Shown here one piece after another: positions 19,003-29,860 of a DNA stretch of 64,000 nucleotides. The stretch is taken from positions 5,747 to 69,746 of IMG/VR virus record IMGVR_UViG_3300044644_002048. The stretch is one strand, 5' to 3'. This stretch comes from a virus. Each line of letters starts with the position of its first letter. Positions within the stretch are counted from its first letter, which is position 1. The notes beneath the pieces were generated by a model, which was not told the origin of the DNA, did no database searches, and saw only the letters and a program-made list of their open reading frames with translations. Both the position numbers and the translations under genes were made by a program.

Positions 19003-19533
19003 TTATTTGTCTTCGGACGTTATTATATTTAGTGGCTCTGTTAATTTTAACTCCATCAATTCTTCTTCGAACGATTCTTTTGATGGTAAAACAGTTTTAT
19101 GTGTTCCATCTTTATAGATAGCAACCAACCAAAAACTTTGGCCTTCTATTTCCTTTAGTATTTTCTCTTTTGCTGACTCTTTGTTTATACTTAAGGCTAT
19201 TTCTATCTTTGGCCTTACGTCTGTTAGACTGAATAATTTACCAATACCGACAAAGAATCTATATCTACTCATAATTCGAAGTATTTCTACGCCATCGATA
19301 TTATTTAGTATGTATTTTTCTTTATGAGTTATGGGGAAATTAGTATGTCCTATCCAACAATCAAACATTTTATTTGGAGACATAGATTCAGATGGATTAA
19401 ACATACCCAGCGGGGTTCTTATCATAATCGGGATTAATTGCATACCCTCTTCCATTTCTTCGTCTATAGATAATTCTGAAGAGTTATCAAAATCAATCCA
19501 TTGTTCCCATGCCATTTTTCTCATATCACACAC
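19003..19533 (-). CDS. Hypothetical protein
   Basis: FDCWIGHTNFPIT...IDGVEILRIMSRYRFFVGIGKLF. Confidence 0.65.
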   Translation of the reverse strand: MCDMRKMAWEQWIDFDNSSELSIDEEMEEGMQLIPIMIRTPLGMFNPSESMSPNKMFDCWIGHTNFPITHKEKYILNNIDGVEILRIMSRYRFFVGIGKLFSLTDVRPKIEIALSINKESAKEKILKEIEGQSFWLVAIYKDGTHKTVLPSKESFEEELMELKLTEPLNIITSEDK

Positions 19534-19799
19534 TCGCTTGGGCTAATGCCCGTGTCAATAGAGTCAATAAATAGGTTTGCCGAATCTACTTGGCCATTTT
19601 TTCTTAGAGTTTCATATATGAGGGCTATTGAAGCATCTCTAACTTTCAAGTTTAGAACATGATCAGCCACAGCTATTAGTTCTTCAATATCATTATACTG
19701 AAATTCTATTTTTAGATTGCCATCAAGAATAAAATATTTTATATATGTTTCTTCTTTTACTTCTTTTTTCTTAAACAATTTTTTTAGAAAGTTTATCAA
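19521..19799 (-). CDS. Hypothetical protein
   Basis: ORF within the operon. Confidence 0.55.
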   Translation of the reverse strand: MINFLKKLFKKKEVKEETYIKYFILDGNLKIEFQYNDIEELIAVADHVLNLKVRDASIALIYETLRKNGQVDSANLFIDSIDTGISPSECVI

Positions 19800-20799
19800 T
19801 ACTATTCTCCCATGTAAATTCTTTAGAATCTTTTACACCATTTGAGTTTATGATATAACTTCTATTCTTATGAAATTCTCTCATGTAATTTACTAGTTGA
19901 TCGAATTGATCCTTACCAAGAGATCTCCACTTAGATGCTCCATTAAAGAATACGCCATCATAGGCCGATTCAAATTTATCGGGCATGTCTATCATCATTG
20001 AGTTATTGGAGTTAGCATATTCCTTATGTCCAGTACAATCACTTATGATTAGGTGTTTTCCACATGCTAACAGTTCTAGAGGTTCTAAATTCCAACCTTC
20101 TGCTCTAGCTGGGAATACGCCACAATGAATTTGGTTCATAACATGGGCTACATCTTTATGATTAGGTAATCTAGGAACTATTTGAACTTTAGATCCTAAC
20201 TTAGAATTAAGATACATCTTTTCCCAAGCCGATCTTTGTGTTTCAGATAAGAATGGGTTAGAAGGCATCATAACTAATGTGACATTATCATCCTTCTCAA
20301 AAGCTGCGTTAAATGCTCTGATAAGAACATCGTGACCCTTGCGAATTTCCCACTTACCAAAATTCCCAAAGATTGTGTGGTCTTTTTCTTCCTGCGGAGT
20401 AGGATAAAAGATTTCATGATCATAACCTAATGGAACAACTGATGCGTTAATCCCATGATTTTCACACACCTTTTGAGCCCATTTAGATGCAACTATCAAT
20501 TTGTCTGGATATTTCATATTCCAAACTTCATTCTCATTAAGATCTTCAAGCTCAAATACTGTAAAACCTATTTTGGGGCTTCCAGTGAAACCAGATAAAT
20601 CGAATTGATGCCAAATTTTTAAGCATGGTGCATCATAATGAAATTTTTCTTTACCGAACGAAAACTTTTCGTCTGGATTATTTTGTCCAATTGGTAAATG
20701 TCTTACATCCCACCCCATCTTTGATAGGTAGTGATATGTATAACTTGAATGATAACCATAACTAGTAGTGTTCAATGGTGCAAATAAATTAAGCTTCAT
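19771..20799 (-). CDS. GT-B glycosyltransferase (GT4-like)
   Basis: GKWEIRKGHDVLIRAF, FPARAEGWNLEPLELLACG. Confidence 0.9.
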   Translation of the reverse strand: MKLNLFAPLNTTSYGYHSSYTYHYLSKMGWDVRHLPIGQNNPDEKFSFGKEKFHYDAPCLKIWHQFDLSGFTGSPKIGFTVFELEDLNENEVWNMKYPDKLIVASKWAQKVCENHGINASVVPLGYDHEIFYPTPQEEKDHTIFGNFGKWEIRKGHDVLIRAFNAAFEKDDNVTLVMMPSNPFLSETQRSAWEKMYLNSKLGSKVQIVPRLPNHKDVAHVMNQIHCGVFPARAEGWNLEPLELLACGKHLIISDCTGHKEYANSNNSMMIDMPDKFESAYDGVFFNGASKWRSLGKDQFDQLVNYMREFHKNRSYIINSNGVKDSKEFTWENSIDKLSKKIV

Positions 20800-21184
20800 T
20801 AATATTCTCTCCGTCAAAATAAAATACTCTAATACCCAAAGGTTCTAATATGTTAGTGCAGGATTTACATGGTTTACTTATCATCAACTCATTTTTCTTA
20901 TTTAGCCTTAGACTGACTAGAGACATTTTAGGCCCAATATGAGTGTTTCCCCATAATTTGGCAATCGCATCAATCTCGGCATGTAAAAAAGGAAATGTGA
21001 TGGTTTTTTCTGCACCGAATCTCCGGCCAAATCTGTAAGCTTTAGCTGACGTAGTCTCCATATCGTTCTGGCCAATACTCAACAGCTTATTACGGACGTA
21101 TATAAACGCAAAATGCCTATGGGTTTTATCCGCATAGACATTTAGTTTCGTTGCTATTCTTATGGAAGAATCAAATATCTTCAT
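20789..21184 (-). CDS. Cytidine-deaminase-fold protein
   Basis: HFAFI...GQN, HAEIDAI, KPCKSC zinc motifs. Confidence 0.8.
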   Translation of the reverse strand: MKIFDSSIRIATKLNVYADKTHRHFAFIYVRNKLLSIGQNDMETTSAKAYRFGRRFGAEKTITFPFLHAEIDAIAKLWGNTHIGPKMSLVSLRLNKKNELMISKPCKSCTNILEPLGIRVFYFDGENINEA

Positions 21185-21323
21185 TACTTAAATTCACTCA
21201 TGGTTTTTTATCTCTTTCAAAAATTTTTCGACTTTTGCTGACTCTATCAATTTCTTACGTTTTGCAGCTAATTTCGCCTTAACTTTAGCTTCCCTATCAT
21301 ACTTCTTTTTTAACTGTGTCTTT

Positions 21324-21542
21324 TTATGACTCATACTTGCACGATATATACCTTATGTTCTTTAATGGAATTAATACGTTTTCAAGATGCTCCTCTTCAT
21401 TGTTGACAGATATATCAAGACATTGATCCAACAATTCACCAGAGCATAGTTTATAAAACTGATCCATTATATCGTCAGCACCTTTATTCGATAGAATGGA
21501 AACTATGTCTTTATCTCCAAGAGATACGGTTATTTTTTTCAT
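21324..21542 (-). CDS. Hypothetical protein
   Basis: Small ORF. Confidence 0.5.
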   Translation of the reverse strand: MKKITVSLGDKDIVSILSNKGADDIMDQFYKLCSGELLDQCLDISVNNEEEHLENVLIPLKNIRYISCKYES

Positions 21543-21552
21543 AGTATCGCTT

Positions 21553-21792
21553 TTAATTCTGATCTTCCGTTAAAGAGAAAATAAAATCTTCACAAAGATC
21601 CAAACTCATTATTATATTTCTGATAAATTTCCTCTGCTCGGAATTAAATTCTAACTTATTATCATTAAGAGGACCACCTATACCACATATTCTACTTTTG
21701 ATGTTTACAATTTCTTGTTTTATTTTTAAGACGACATCTTTCATTTCTTCATTACTTTTGACCAGTCTACAAACCAATTCTTCATTCGTCAT
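21553..21792 (-). CDS. Hypothetical protein
   Basis: First gene of the leftward unit; CGIGGPLNDN. Confidence 0.55.
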   Translation of the reverse strand: MTNEELVCRLVKSNEEMKDVVLKIKQEIVNIKSRICGIGGPLNDNKLEFNSEQRKFIRNIIMSLDLCEDFIFSLTEDQN

Positions 21793-22048
21793 TTTTTGAC
21801 CTATTTTCCCGTAAAAAGCAGATAAGACAAACACACAGTAAAAAAGGAATGTATATTGGGTGACTCACATACTGCTTCTCTTTTAAGAGTGTCCTGCTAT
21901 GCGTTAAAACAGTTTTGTTTCACAGATGGTTTGTTTGAACATAACACAATGTTAGATTTGTTTTTTGCTTCGTAAAGACAGAAAAAATAAAAATTTCCAA
22001 AAACAGAAAAACCAAGGAAAAACGCCATGACCGCTTCTTCCCAGAAGA

Positions 22049-22055
22049 GTATAAT
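22049..22055 (+). promoter_or_regulatory. -10 box for the plus-strand glycosylation island
   Basis: GTATAAT about 30 nt before ATG 22085, with an AGGGG SD; no clear -35. Confidence 0.45.
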
Positions 22056-22084
22056 AGAAGTGTTTACAACTCAAAGGGGAAATC

Positions 22085-22894
22085 ATGCAGAAGATCAATA
22101 TAAGAAATAGAGACATATACTTTTATGACAATGGATGTAATGTTGAGGAATGGCTAAAACAAGGTAGTTTATATGGAGAAGCAAACTACAAAATTCTTTC
22201 TAAGTTGATCATAAATCAATTTGGGTGGATTTTAGACTGTGGAGCCCATATAGGAACTTTTTCTTTACCTGCAGAGCTTGACGGTAGAAAAGTTATCAAA
22301 ATAGAGGCAGCTGCTAAAAATATAGAATGCCTCAATAAGACTTTTGATAGTGAAGTATATCAAGCTATATTGGCTGATTCGAAAAGGATGTGTCGATTTT
22401 CTGAAGAATCCGGCCCATTTGGATGGATTATTGAAGATGAAAATGGAGATGTTCTAACTGATACAATAGATAGTATTGTAGGTGATAGAAAAATCATCGG
22501 CATCAAGTTAGATATTGAGGGTGGAGAAATAAAAGCATTAGATGGGGCAATTAAAACATTGCAAAGAGACAAGCCGCCAATTTTAATGGAAGTAAATGGT
22601 TGGTGTCTAATGCAGCAGGGTAAGAGGTCTGAAGATCTACTAAAGAAAATAGAATCTTTTGGTTATGTGTCTTTTGTAATAATTAACAATAGATTTTTCA
22701 AAGTAGACACTAGTAAGCTATTCCCATTTTGTAATATAGATGCTATATGTATTCATCGTGAAAATTTACCCAATTATCATTTCAATATTTCCCATATTTT
22801 ATCCGATCATGATATTGAGTATATCTCAAAAGAGATGTGTATGAGATCTAATGAGGAATGTAAGAAATACTTTAAATCGATAGGAATCGAATGA
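22085..22894 (+). CDS. FkbM-family methyltransferase
   Basis: LDCGAHIGTFS, IEA, IKLDIEGGEIKALDGA, PPILME. Confidence 0.9.
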   Translation: MQKINIRNRDIYFYDNGCNVEEWLKQGSLYGEANYKILSKLIINQFGWILDCGAHIGTFSLPAELDGRKVIKIEAAAKNIECLNKTFDSEVYQAILADSKRMCRFSEESGPFGWIIEDENGDVLTDTIDSIVGDRKIIGIKLDIEGGEIKALDGAIKTLQRDKPPILMEVNGWCLMQQGKRSEDLLKKIESFGYVSFVIINNRFFKVDTSKLFPFCNIDAICIHRENLPNYHFNISHILSDHDIEYISKEMCMRSNEECKKYFKSIGIE

Positions 22895-23706
22895 AAATAT
22901 CAGTACTTGCCCTGTTTAGGGACAGCGAAAAGATTATATACAGAACGCTAGGTCTATTAGACAATCTTGAACGTTCGACAGATGCCCAATTCTCTTTTTT
23001 CTTTTATGAGAATGATTCTGTAGATAATACCGCAAAAATTCTAGAAGATTGGCTATCCACAAAAGAAGGCAAGCTAATTTCTGAGAAACTAAACTATCCT
23101 AAATTTGGAAGCGTGTCTTCTGAAGAGAGATTTAGTTTGATGAGTTATTACAGAAATAAACTGGCCGAGTCTGTTAAACCATTAGATTCAGATTTTACTT
23201 TAATACTTGACTCTGATGTTATCATATATAATGATTTAATAAATGACTATATGAAATACATGACTCATAATTCAGTTATGTTGACTTCTAATACAGTAGT
23301 CAAAAGTATAGATTGTAAAATGGGTGGTTCTGGTCCTGTGTATTATGACAGTCTTGCCCTAACCGATATTCACGGATATAGTGGTATGACTTGGTCATCT
23401 TGCCCATTCTATCATGCGAGTGATCGACAGAAGTGGGAAATAGGTTCACCAGTCCTTGTCAAACACGCATTCGGTGGTGCTGCTCTGATAAGATCATCAA
23501 TACTAAACATAATTGATTGGTCATCGACTGGATATTGTGAACATTGGGCTTTTTGTGATCAAGCTGGATTATTTGGGGATATTTTTGTAGTTCCAACTAT
23601 AATGTGTGAAGTTGAAGCATCTATAGACGATATTCCTCAAACACATATAAATTCTGTTATAGAAAATCAGAAGAGAAATTATGATTTCATTAATTTTAAA
23701 CACTAG
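22891..23706 (+). CDS. GT-A glycosyltransferase (Anp1/CAP59-like)
   Basis: YENDSVDNT, RNKL, LILDSD, YYDSLAL, AFGGAAL, CEH. Confidence 0.8.
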   Translation: MKISVLALFRDSEKIIYRTLGLLDNLERSTDAQFSFFFYENDSVDNTAKILEDWLSTKEGKLISEKLNYPKFGSVSSEERFSLMSYYRNKLAESVKPLDSDFTLILDSDVIIYNDLINDYMKYMTHNSVMLTSNTVVKSIDCKMGGSGPVYYDSLALTDIHGYSGMTWSSCPFYHASDRQKWEIGSPVLVKHAFGGAALIRSSILNIIDWSSTGYCEHWAFCDQAGLFGDIFVVPTIMCEVEASIDDIPQTHINSVIENQKRNYDFINFKH

Positions 23707-24370
23707 AAAAAGAGTTGTATTATTAAACAATCTACTTAGGAGCATACAAGAAACAGCATCTTATCCAGAGGATATTCAAGTCATAATAAATTATGATGCT
23801 GATGATGATGAAACAGATCTTTTCACACGATCATTATTAGATACAAAATTTGATATTCAGTGGGTCACTGGAGATAGGCCAAATAACCTACATAAATCAT
23901 TAAATATAATGGCTAATTTTGCTTATGATAGTTCAACTAAATATATCTTTGTACTTAATGATGATGTAGAGTTTTTAACCAAGGGATGGGATGATCAAAT
24001 AAGAAAAATTCCTTCAGACGAGATTTGGTATATAAGCACAAATGATAATAGTGCGGATAAAGAAAATACAGCACAGTATGCATCTTTCCCTATACTTACA
24101 AGAGCTGCATATGAGGCTTTAGGCTATTTTATGTCAGAGAAATTTGTGGGTCTTGGTGCTGACGTACATCTTTGGCGAATTTTTGATTCGGTTAACAGGA
24201 TCAAGGAAACAGAAATAGAGCTTGATCACGTATGTCATAGAACAGTATTACACGTTCATAATCCAGATACGGTTGCTGCGGAGATGCGTAATAATTCTTG
24301 GTCGAATTATGTTGATTGTTGGAACGTTGAGATATCTGAAGATGTCGAGAGGGTTAGAGCATGTCTTTGA
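23681..24370 (+). CDS. GT-A (GT2-like) glycosyltransferase
   Basis: YDADDD, FVLNDD, GWD, FPILTR, GAD. Confidence 0.8.
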   Translation: MISLILNTRKRVVLLNNLLRSIQETASYPEDIQVIINYDADDDETDLFTRSLLDTKFDIQWVTGDRPNNLHKSLNIMANFAYDSSTKYIFVLNDDVEFLTKGWDDQIRKIPSDEIWYISTNDNSADKENTAQYASFPILTRAAYEALGYFMSEKFVGLGADVHLWRIFDSVNRIKETEIELDHVCHRTVLHVHNPDTVAAEMRNNSWSNYVDCWNVEISEDVERVRACL

Positions 24371-24942
24371 AGCTAAATCTTGGGTGTTATGATAGAAAAA
24401 TTCACGGATGGACCAATATTGATATTCGTCCAGATGTAAATCCTGATATTGTTGATGATGCATTCAAGCTTGAAAAGTTTGAGCCTAATACAGTAGATAT
24501 GATCTACTGTTCTCACATGCTTGAACATCTTACTTTTACTGAAGCTCATATGGCGTTGAGAAGATGGTATGACCTTCTTAAAGAAGGAGGAATACTTCGT
24601 CTCGCAGTGCCCGATATGGATGCTGTTTTTGCCCATTATTTCTACTGGAAAAAGTTGCCACTATTATACAGTGCTTTATGGGGAAGTCAACGGCATGAGT
24701 TTGACTATCATAAGTCAGGGTGGGATTTTCAGACTCTTAAAGAGAAATTAGAAGATATTGGGTTCGATAATATCGAAAGATGGTATCCAGAGTATACAGA
24801 TCCTCATAATTACATAGATGATTATTCTCAGGCTTATTATCCTGATGGATGTAAGCCGATGTTAATGAAAAATGGCAATGTTGTCGATCTTGGCGGAAAA
24901 TTAATGAGTCTTAACATTCAGGGTCAAAAATGCTCTCTATAA
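24361..24942 (+). CDS. Class I SAM-dependent methyltransferase
   Basis: LNLGC, NIDI, IYCSHMLEH, LKEGGILRLAVPD. Confidence 0.9.
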   Translation: MSLKLNLGCYDRKIHGWTNIDIRPDVNPDIVDDAFKLEKFEPNTVDMIYCSHMLEHLTFTEAHMALRRWYDLLKEGGILRLAVPDMDAVFAHYFYWKKLPLLYSALWGSQRHEFDYHKSGWDFQTLKEKLEDIGFDNIERWYPEYTDPHNYIDDYSQAYYPDGCKPMLMKNGNVVDLGGKLMSLNIQGQKCSL

Positions 24943-25709
24943 TAGTCCCCGGCATTAGAACGCATCTGTGGCAAAGATTTATAACTAGTGTCGACAAGTC
25001 GTGCAAAGAAATGCCACATGAAGTTGTCTTTATTAGCCCATTTGATTTGCCGGAATTGCAGACAACGAGTGAAGTTAAGCACATTAAGTCTTATTCTTCT
25101 GTTCCTGTGTGTTTACAAATTGGAACTTTAGCAGCAAAATATCCTGTTATATGTCATGCTGTAGACGATTCAGTATTTCACAAAGAAACATTATCTCATA
25201 GTTATGATTATTTTATCATGTCAAATTATGATGTAGTAGGATTAACCTACCAAGAAAATACAAACCTAATGTCTGCTGAGAAATGGAAGATCAAAAACAT
25301 ATCTGAGTTCAATAATATTCCGCTAGATGGTGAGTGGATAACGTTTGTTCAGCCGATGATGGATAAATCTCGTTTTATTAATATGGGTGGATTTGATTGC
25401 TCTTTTGAATATAGTAATCATTGCCACCATGATTTAGCGTTTAGAATGTGGATGATGGGTTTTAATATTGATGTTGTTCCATTCACTGTTTCTTATGCGA
25501 GCCATATGCCAGAAAGAACCGGAGATCATGCAGCTATTCATGATGCTCAGACTGGTCCTGACGAAAAGAGATTCCGTGATAAATGGAAAGAGCCAAATAC
25601 TGTAGATCTTGTTATTGATTACAACAACTACCGTCAATATGATGTTCCTTGGATAAGAAGATTCAAAAAAGAGTACTCGTCTTACGAAGAAATGGTAAAA
25701 GACCAATGA
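24930..25709 (+). CDS. GT2-like glycosyltransferase
   Basis: LSIIVPGIR, VDDS, MGGFD, DLAFR. Confidence 0.8.
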   Translation: MLSIIVPGIRTHLWQRFITSVDKSCKEMPHEVVFISPFDLPELQTTSEVKHIKSYSSVPVCLQIGTLAAKYPVICHAVDDSVFHKETLSHSYDYFIMSNYDVVGLTYQENTNLMSAEKWKIKNISEFNNIPLDGEWITFVQPMMDKSRFINMGGFDCSFEYSNHCHHDLAFRMWMMGFNIDVVPFTVSYASHMPERTGDHAAIHDAQTGPDEKRFRDKWKEPNTVDLVIDYNNYRQYDVPWIRRFKKEYSSYEEMVKDQ

Positions 25710-26569
25710 AGATATTAGTTACTGGCTCTAATGGATTTATGGCATCTGAATTAATCAGACAGGCTAATAGTAGAGGATTGGTAACATTTGGCGTGTCTAG
25801 AAAAACCCATGGAGAACTTTGGTATAAGTTTCCATATTTGCATGTGGTTGATGCTGGATATGACGACATAGCTGAAATTATTCGTAAGTGTGACATAGAC
25901 ATAATCTATCATTTTGCAGCAAACCCACTTGTATCAGCGACAGAAAACATAATTGAGTCAAATGTTGTTCTTACGGATAAAATTTGTAGAGCATCTATTG
26001 GTAGGAAGTTAGTTTTTGCATCTTCAGTCAGCGTGTATGGCTGTAAGCAAAAGACTTTTACTTTAGACGACCCAGTAGATCCAGAAACTTTGTATGCTGT
26101 GACTAAAGTGCAGTCAGAGGAACTTATCAAGTTTTATTGCAAGAGAGGTTTAAATGCCACATGTATTCGTTATGTAACAAACGTAGGTCGTGGTTCTACT
26201 CATGGTGTTCTTCCGGATATTATTTCTAAAATTAAAGATTCTATACATGATAGATTTAATGTAATAGAAGTGTTCGGAGAGTATCCCGGATCTTGTAAGC
26301 CTTACTTACATGTTGCAGATGCTATGAAAGCAACTTTGGATATTGATATTAAGCCCGGATTCAATGTTATTAATATGTCGCCAGACGATAATATTTGTGT
26401 AAGTGACATAATTAATATTGTACAAGAGCAATTAGACACAAGTGTTAGTAGATATTGGAATCCAAACCGCGTTTGGCAGGGAGACCAAAAGTATTTTAGG
26501 GTTAAATCAGATATAAAGTTTCGTCCAAGCAAAGAAGCCATCATTATGGCAACTAAGGAACTCATATGA
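25706..26569 (+). CDS. NAD-dependent epimerase/dehydratase (extended SDR)
   Basis: VTGSNGFMA, HFAA, ASSVSVYG, YAVTK. Confidence 0.9.
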   Translation: MKILVTGSNGFMASELIRQANSRGLVTFGVSRKTHGELWYKFPYLHVVDAGYDDIAEIIRKCDIDIIYHFAANPLVSATENIIESNVVLTDKICRASIGRKLVFASSVSVYGCKQKTFTLDDPVDPETLYAVTKVQSEELIKFYCKRGLNATCIRYVTNVGRGSTHGVLPDIISKIKDSIHDRFNVIEVFGEYPGSCKPYLHVADAMKATLDIDIKPGFNVINMSPDDNICVSDIINIVQEQLDTSVSRYWNPNRVWQGDQKYFRVKSDIKFRPSKEAIIMATKELI

Positions 26570-27489
26570 AGTTATTAATAACTGGATCTTCTTCAATGGT
26601 TGGGCAGGCTTTATTAAGAAATGAGTCGCTACGAGAAAAATATGACTTAATTCAATGTGACCATTATGAATATGATCTTACATCTAAAGAGGCAACAAGA
26701 TCTTTATTCAGAAAACATAAGCCAAATTATGTTATACATCTAGCCTCATTAAATGGTAATATTGCATTCAACGACGAAAACCCAGCTAGTATATTTCTCG
26801 ACACAACAGAAATAGCCATGAATGTTTTGAGGACAGCATGTGAGTTCGGCGTATCGAAGGTTGTGTCAGCTATATCGTCGTGTGCATACCCATCAATTCC
26901 TCTTTTACGGGAATCTGATTTCTTCTTTGGTGAGCCGCATGGATCAATTGAGTCACACGGATTCGCAAAACGATATATTATTGAGTTAAGTAGACAGCTT
27001 TATCGTCAGTACGGCTTTATGTCCGTTGGAATGTGTTTTAACACAGCATACGGTCCTCATGACAGCTTCGATCTAAAAAAGACTAAGGTTATGGGGTCTT
27101 TGATCAAACGCTTCGTAGAGGCAAGGAGAGCCGATTCTAACGAGGTTATCTTATGGGGTTCTGGATCTCCAAGAAGAGAATTTATATATGTAGATGATGT
27201 GGCCAGAATGTTTGATCTTGTCTTACACAAATATAATGATCCACTCTATCCAATCAATGTTGGTTCAAAAACTGATATATCAATATCTCACTTATCCACG
27301 CTAGTGGCAGGGATAGTTGGCTATAAAGGAAGAATTGTATTTGATATGTCTAAGCCAGACGGTCAGATGAAAAAACTTCTATCTAACGAAAAAATGCAGA
27401 AACATTTTGGACAACAGATGTTCACTTCTCTTGAAGACGGAATTAAAAGGACTGTTGATTGGTATGAATCTAACTATAATAATTCCTAG
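26566..27489 (+). CDS. GDP-L-fucose synthase / ColC-like epimerase-reductase
   Basis: TGSSSMVG, SSCAYP, HGFAKR, YGPHD, WGSGSPRREFIYVDD, KPDGQ. Confidence 0.85.
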   Translation: MKLLITGSSSMVGQALLRNESLREKYDLIQCDHYEYDLTSKEATRSLFRKHKPNYVIHLASLNGNIAFNDENPASIFLDTTEIAMNVLRTACEFGVSKVVSAISSCAYPSIPLLRESDFFFGEPHGSIESHGFAKRYIIELSRQLYRQYGFMSVGMCFNTAYGPHDSFDLKKTKVMGSLIKRFVEARRADSNEVILWGSGSPRREFIYVDDVARMFDLVLHKYNDPLYPINVGSKTDISISHLSTLVAGIVGYKGRIVFDMSKPDGQMKKLLSNEKMQKHFGQQMFTSLEDGIKRTVDWYESNYNNS

Positions 27490-28195
27490 TATAAGAATTA
27501 ATAAATGGCCAGAATTAATCGAGTCGATCAAAAAATCTTGTAAGAATTACAGTTATGAGATTATATTTGTAGGCCCAGAAATTAATCACGTCATAGACGA
27601 ATATAAAAACATTAAGTACGTTAGGGACTTTGGTCATCCTAACAGATGTCAACAAATTGGCGTTCTTCTCTCCGAAGGAGAGTATATTACTTGGGGATCT
27701 GATGATGGTTTATATGTCGAAGATGCTATTGACTCATGCTTACATGAAATATATGAAAATAAGCTTGACTATTTGGCAACAGGATATAATGAGGGTGGTA
27801 ATGTTGCCGTTAATAATTACTCAATTAGATCATGTTATTTTGTTGGAAAAGAGGTAAAGCCTGAGTATTTTATTTTCAATGTCGCATTTATAAAACGCGA
27901 AATACTTGAGCATGAAGGCTTTGATACAACATTTGAAGTAACATGTATTGGTCATACGGATTTAGCATGGAGAATTCAAAAAAAATACAAGAATGGAAAG
28001 CTACTTGTAAAAGAAATAATGAATTGCGAGCATATGGAAGGAAGGTCAGGAGATCATGGACCTATCTATGATGCACAGACATTCTATGACGCACCTAAAC
28101 TCGCCATGAAAACTCATGATAGTATTTATGCTTCAGTCAAGTGGAATGAGTGGAAATATAATACAACACCTGTTTGGGAGAGAAGATTTGGTTGA
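27464..28195 (+). CDS. GT2-like glycosyltransferase
   Basis: LTIIIPSIR, GSDDG, GFD, DLAWR; paralog of 24930 and 28188. Confidence 0.8.
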   Translation: MNLTIIIPSIRINKWPELIESIKKSCKNYSYEIIFVGPEINHVIDEYKNIKYVRDFGHPNRCQQIGVLLSEGEYITWGSDDGLYVEDAIDSCLHEIYENKLDYLATGYNEGGNVAVNNYSIRSCYFVGKEVKPEYFIFNVAFIKREILEHEGFDTTFEVTCIGHTDLAWRIQKKYKNGKLLVKEIMNCEHMEGRSGDHGPIYDAQTFYDAPKLAMKTHDSIYASVKWNEWKYNTTPVWERRFG

Positions 28196-28934
28196 TTTAA
28201 CTGTGGTTGTACCAAGTATTAGGCCGGAAAAGATTAAAAGAATGGCCGATAGTCTAAAAGAGGCTGTTGGAGAGTATTCGTATGAGCTAATTGTTGCTGG
28301 TCCTTATGACGCTAGTAAGATTGTTGACTGTTTATGGCTTGAAAGCTTGGCATCACCAAACCTTTGTGTACATAAAGCAATCGTTGAAAAGGCAAATGGC
28401 AAGTATGTAAAATGGTCAACAGATGACGCCGTTTACTACCGTAACGGGATTTCTAACCTTCTCAATAAAATGAGAGGGAAGGATTGTTTTGGTGTTGTTA
28501 AGTACACAGAAGAAGGCCCACCCGGATATCCTTCAGGAAGAGATGATATTTATTATACAGCAGTAACACATGCAGACTTAAGAAGACTTCCCGGAGTAAA
28601 AAGTCATTACAAAATTGCTCCTGTTGCTATATATCATAAGACTGAATTTATTGCATTGGGAGGTCTTGATTGCAGATACGAACATATAAATCTATCAACT
28701 CATGACTTAGCATTTAGAATGCAGGAGTATGGTGAAGAAGCCATTATATCAGACGAAGTCGTTATGCATTGCGACTCTGATGGACAGGCAGTAGATCATA
28801 GACCTCTTGATTTTGCCCATTTTAATAATGACTACCCAATATTTGCAGATAAATATAAAGAGATGTTAAATAAAGCTCATATATCTCTAGCCAATTATCT
28901 TGCATATGACAAACCTTGGAGAAGATTTCAATGA
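28188..28934 (+). CDS. GT2-like glycosyltransferase
   Basis: TTG start after GGAG; LTVVVPSIR, STDDA, LGGLD, DLAFR. Confidence 0.8.
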   Translation: MVDLTVVVPSIRPEKIKRMADSLKEAVGEYSYELIVAGPYDASKIVDCLWLESLASPNLCVHKAIVEKANGKYVKWSTDDAVYYRNGISNLLNKMRGKDCFGVVKYTEEGPPGYPSGRDDIYYTAVTHADLRRLPGVKSHYKIAPVAIYHKTEFIALGGLDCRYEHINLSTHDLAFRMQEYGEEAIISDEVVMHCDSDGQAVDHRPLDFAHFNNDYPIFADKYKEMLNKAHISLANYLAYDKPWRRFQ

Positions 28935-29860
28935 GAATACTTGTAACTGGGTCTAATGGGCTTTGTGGAAATGCAATAAAAGAAGAATCTAGGGGTAGTG
29001 ATCATGTATTCCATTTTGCTACTCGTAAGGATGCTGATTTAACAAATAGAGACGCTGTCCGACGCTTGATCTATCATTCAAAACCAGACTGTGTAATTCA
29101 CACAAGTGCGAAGTGTGGAGGCATAGGAGGGAATCAAGCATTCCATTCTGATTTCTTCGTAGATAACATACTAATGAATACAAATATATTAGAAGAGGCT
29201 CGATGGGCTGGGATTAAGAAAGTTTTCGCGTTTAGTTCTGTGTGCGTTTTCCCACATGATCTTTCTCTTTTACAAGAAGACAAGATGCATGATGGTCCTG
29301 TTTATGGGGCGAACTTTGCATATGGCTACGCAAAACGAATGGTAGATGTTCAAATTAGGGCTATAAAAGAACAGTATGGTTTGAATTACTGCTCAATTAT
29401 TCCCGGCAATATTTATGGATGCAATGATCTTTACTCTATAGAGTATGGGCATATTATACCATCACTAATTCACAAACTATATAGGGCTAAACATTATGGG
29501 GAAAAATTTGTAGTTTGGGGAGATGGGTTAAGTTGCAGAGAATTCATTTATGTTAATGATCTAGCACAGATTATTCTAAAACTAGTTGATATTGATGATA
29601 TTCCACAACGTATCATAGTATCAGGTAAAGAGGAAATACCAATTAGAGATGTAGTTAATATTCTTGTAAGAGTTTCGGGATATGAAGGAGAGGTAGTCTG
29701 GGATAAAACAAAACCGAACGGTCAACGAAATCGGCCTTCTGACAAGAGCGTTCTAGACGGAATTGTATCACACAACTATACTATTTTGGAAGAAGGTTTG
29801 CAAAAATCTTGGGATTGGTTTTCTAGTAACTTCCCAAATATTCGGACTAAATACACATGA
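28931..29860 (+). CDS. GDP-L-fucose synthase-like epimerase-reductase
   Basis: VTGSNGLCG, AKCGGIGGN, SSVCVFP, YGYAKR, NIYG, WGDGLSCREFIY, KPNGQ. Confidence 0.9.
   Translation: MRILVTGSNGLCGNAIKEESRGSDHVFHFATRKDADLTNRDAVRRLIYHSKPDCVIHTSAKCGGIGGNQAFHSDFFVDNILMNTNILEEARWAGIKKVFAFSSVCVFPHDLSLLQEDKMHDGPVYGANFAYGYAKRMVDVQIRAIKEQYGLNYCSIIPGNIYGCNDLYSIEYGHIIPSLIHKLYRAKHYGEKFVVWGDGLSCREFIYVNDLAQIILKLVDIDDIPQRIIVSGKEEIPIRDVVNILVRVSGYEGEVVWDKTKPNGQRNRPSDKSVLDGIVSHNYTILEEGLQKSWDWFSSNFPNIRTKYT

Noticed and set aside
21835-22048. Replication origin or iterons in the divergent intergenic region
   Set aside because: Only short A-tracts (AAAAAC three times); too weak to support a call.
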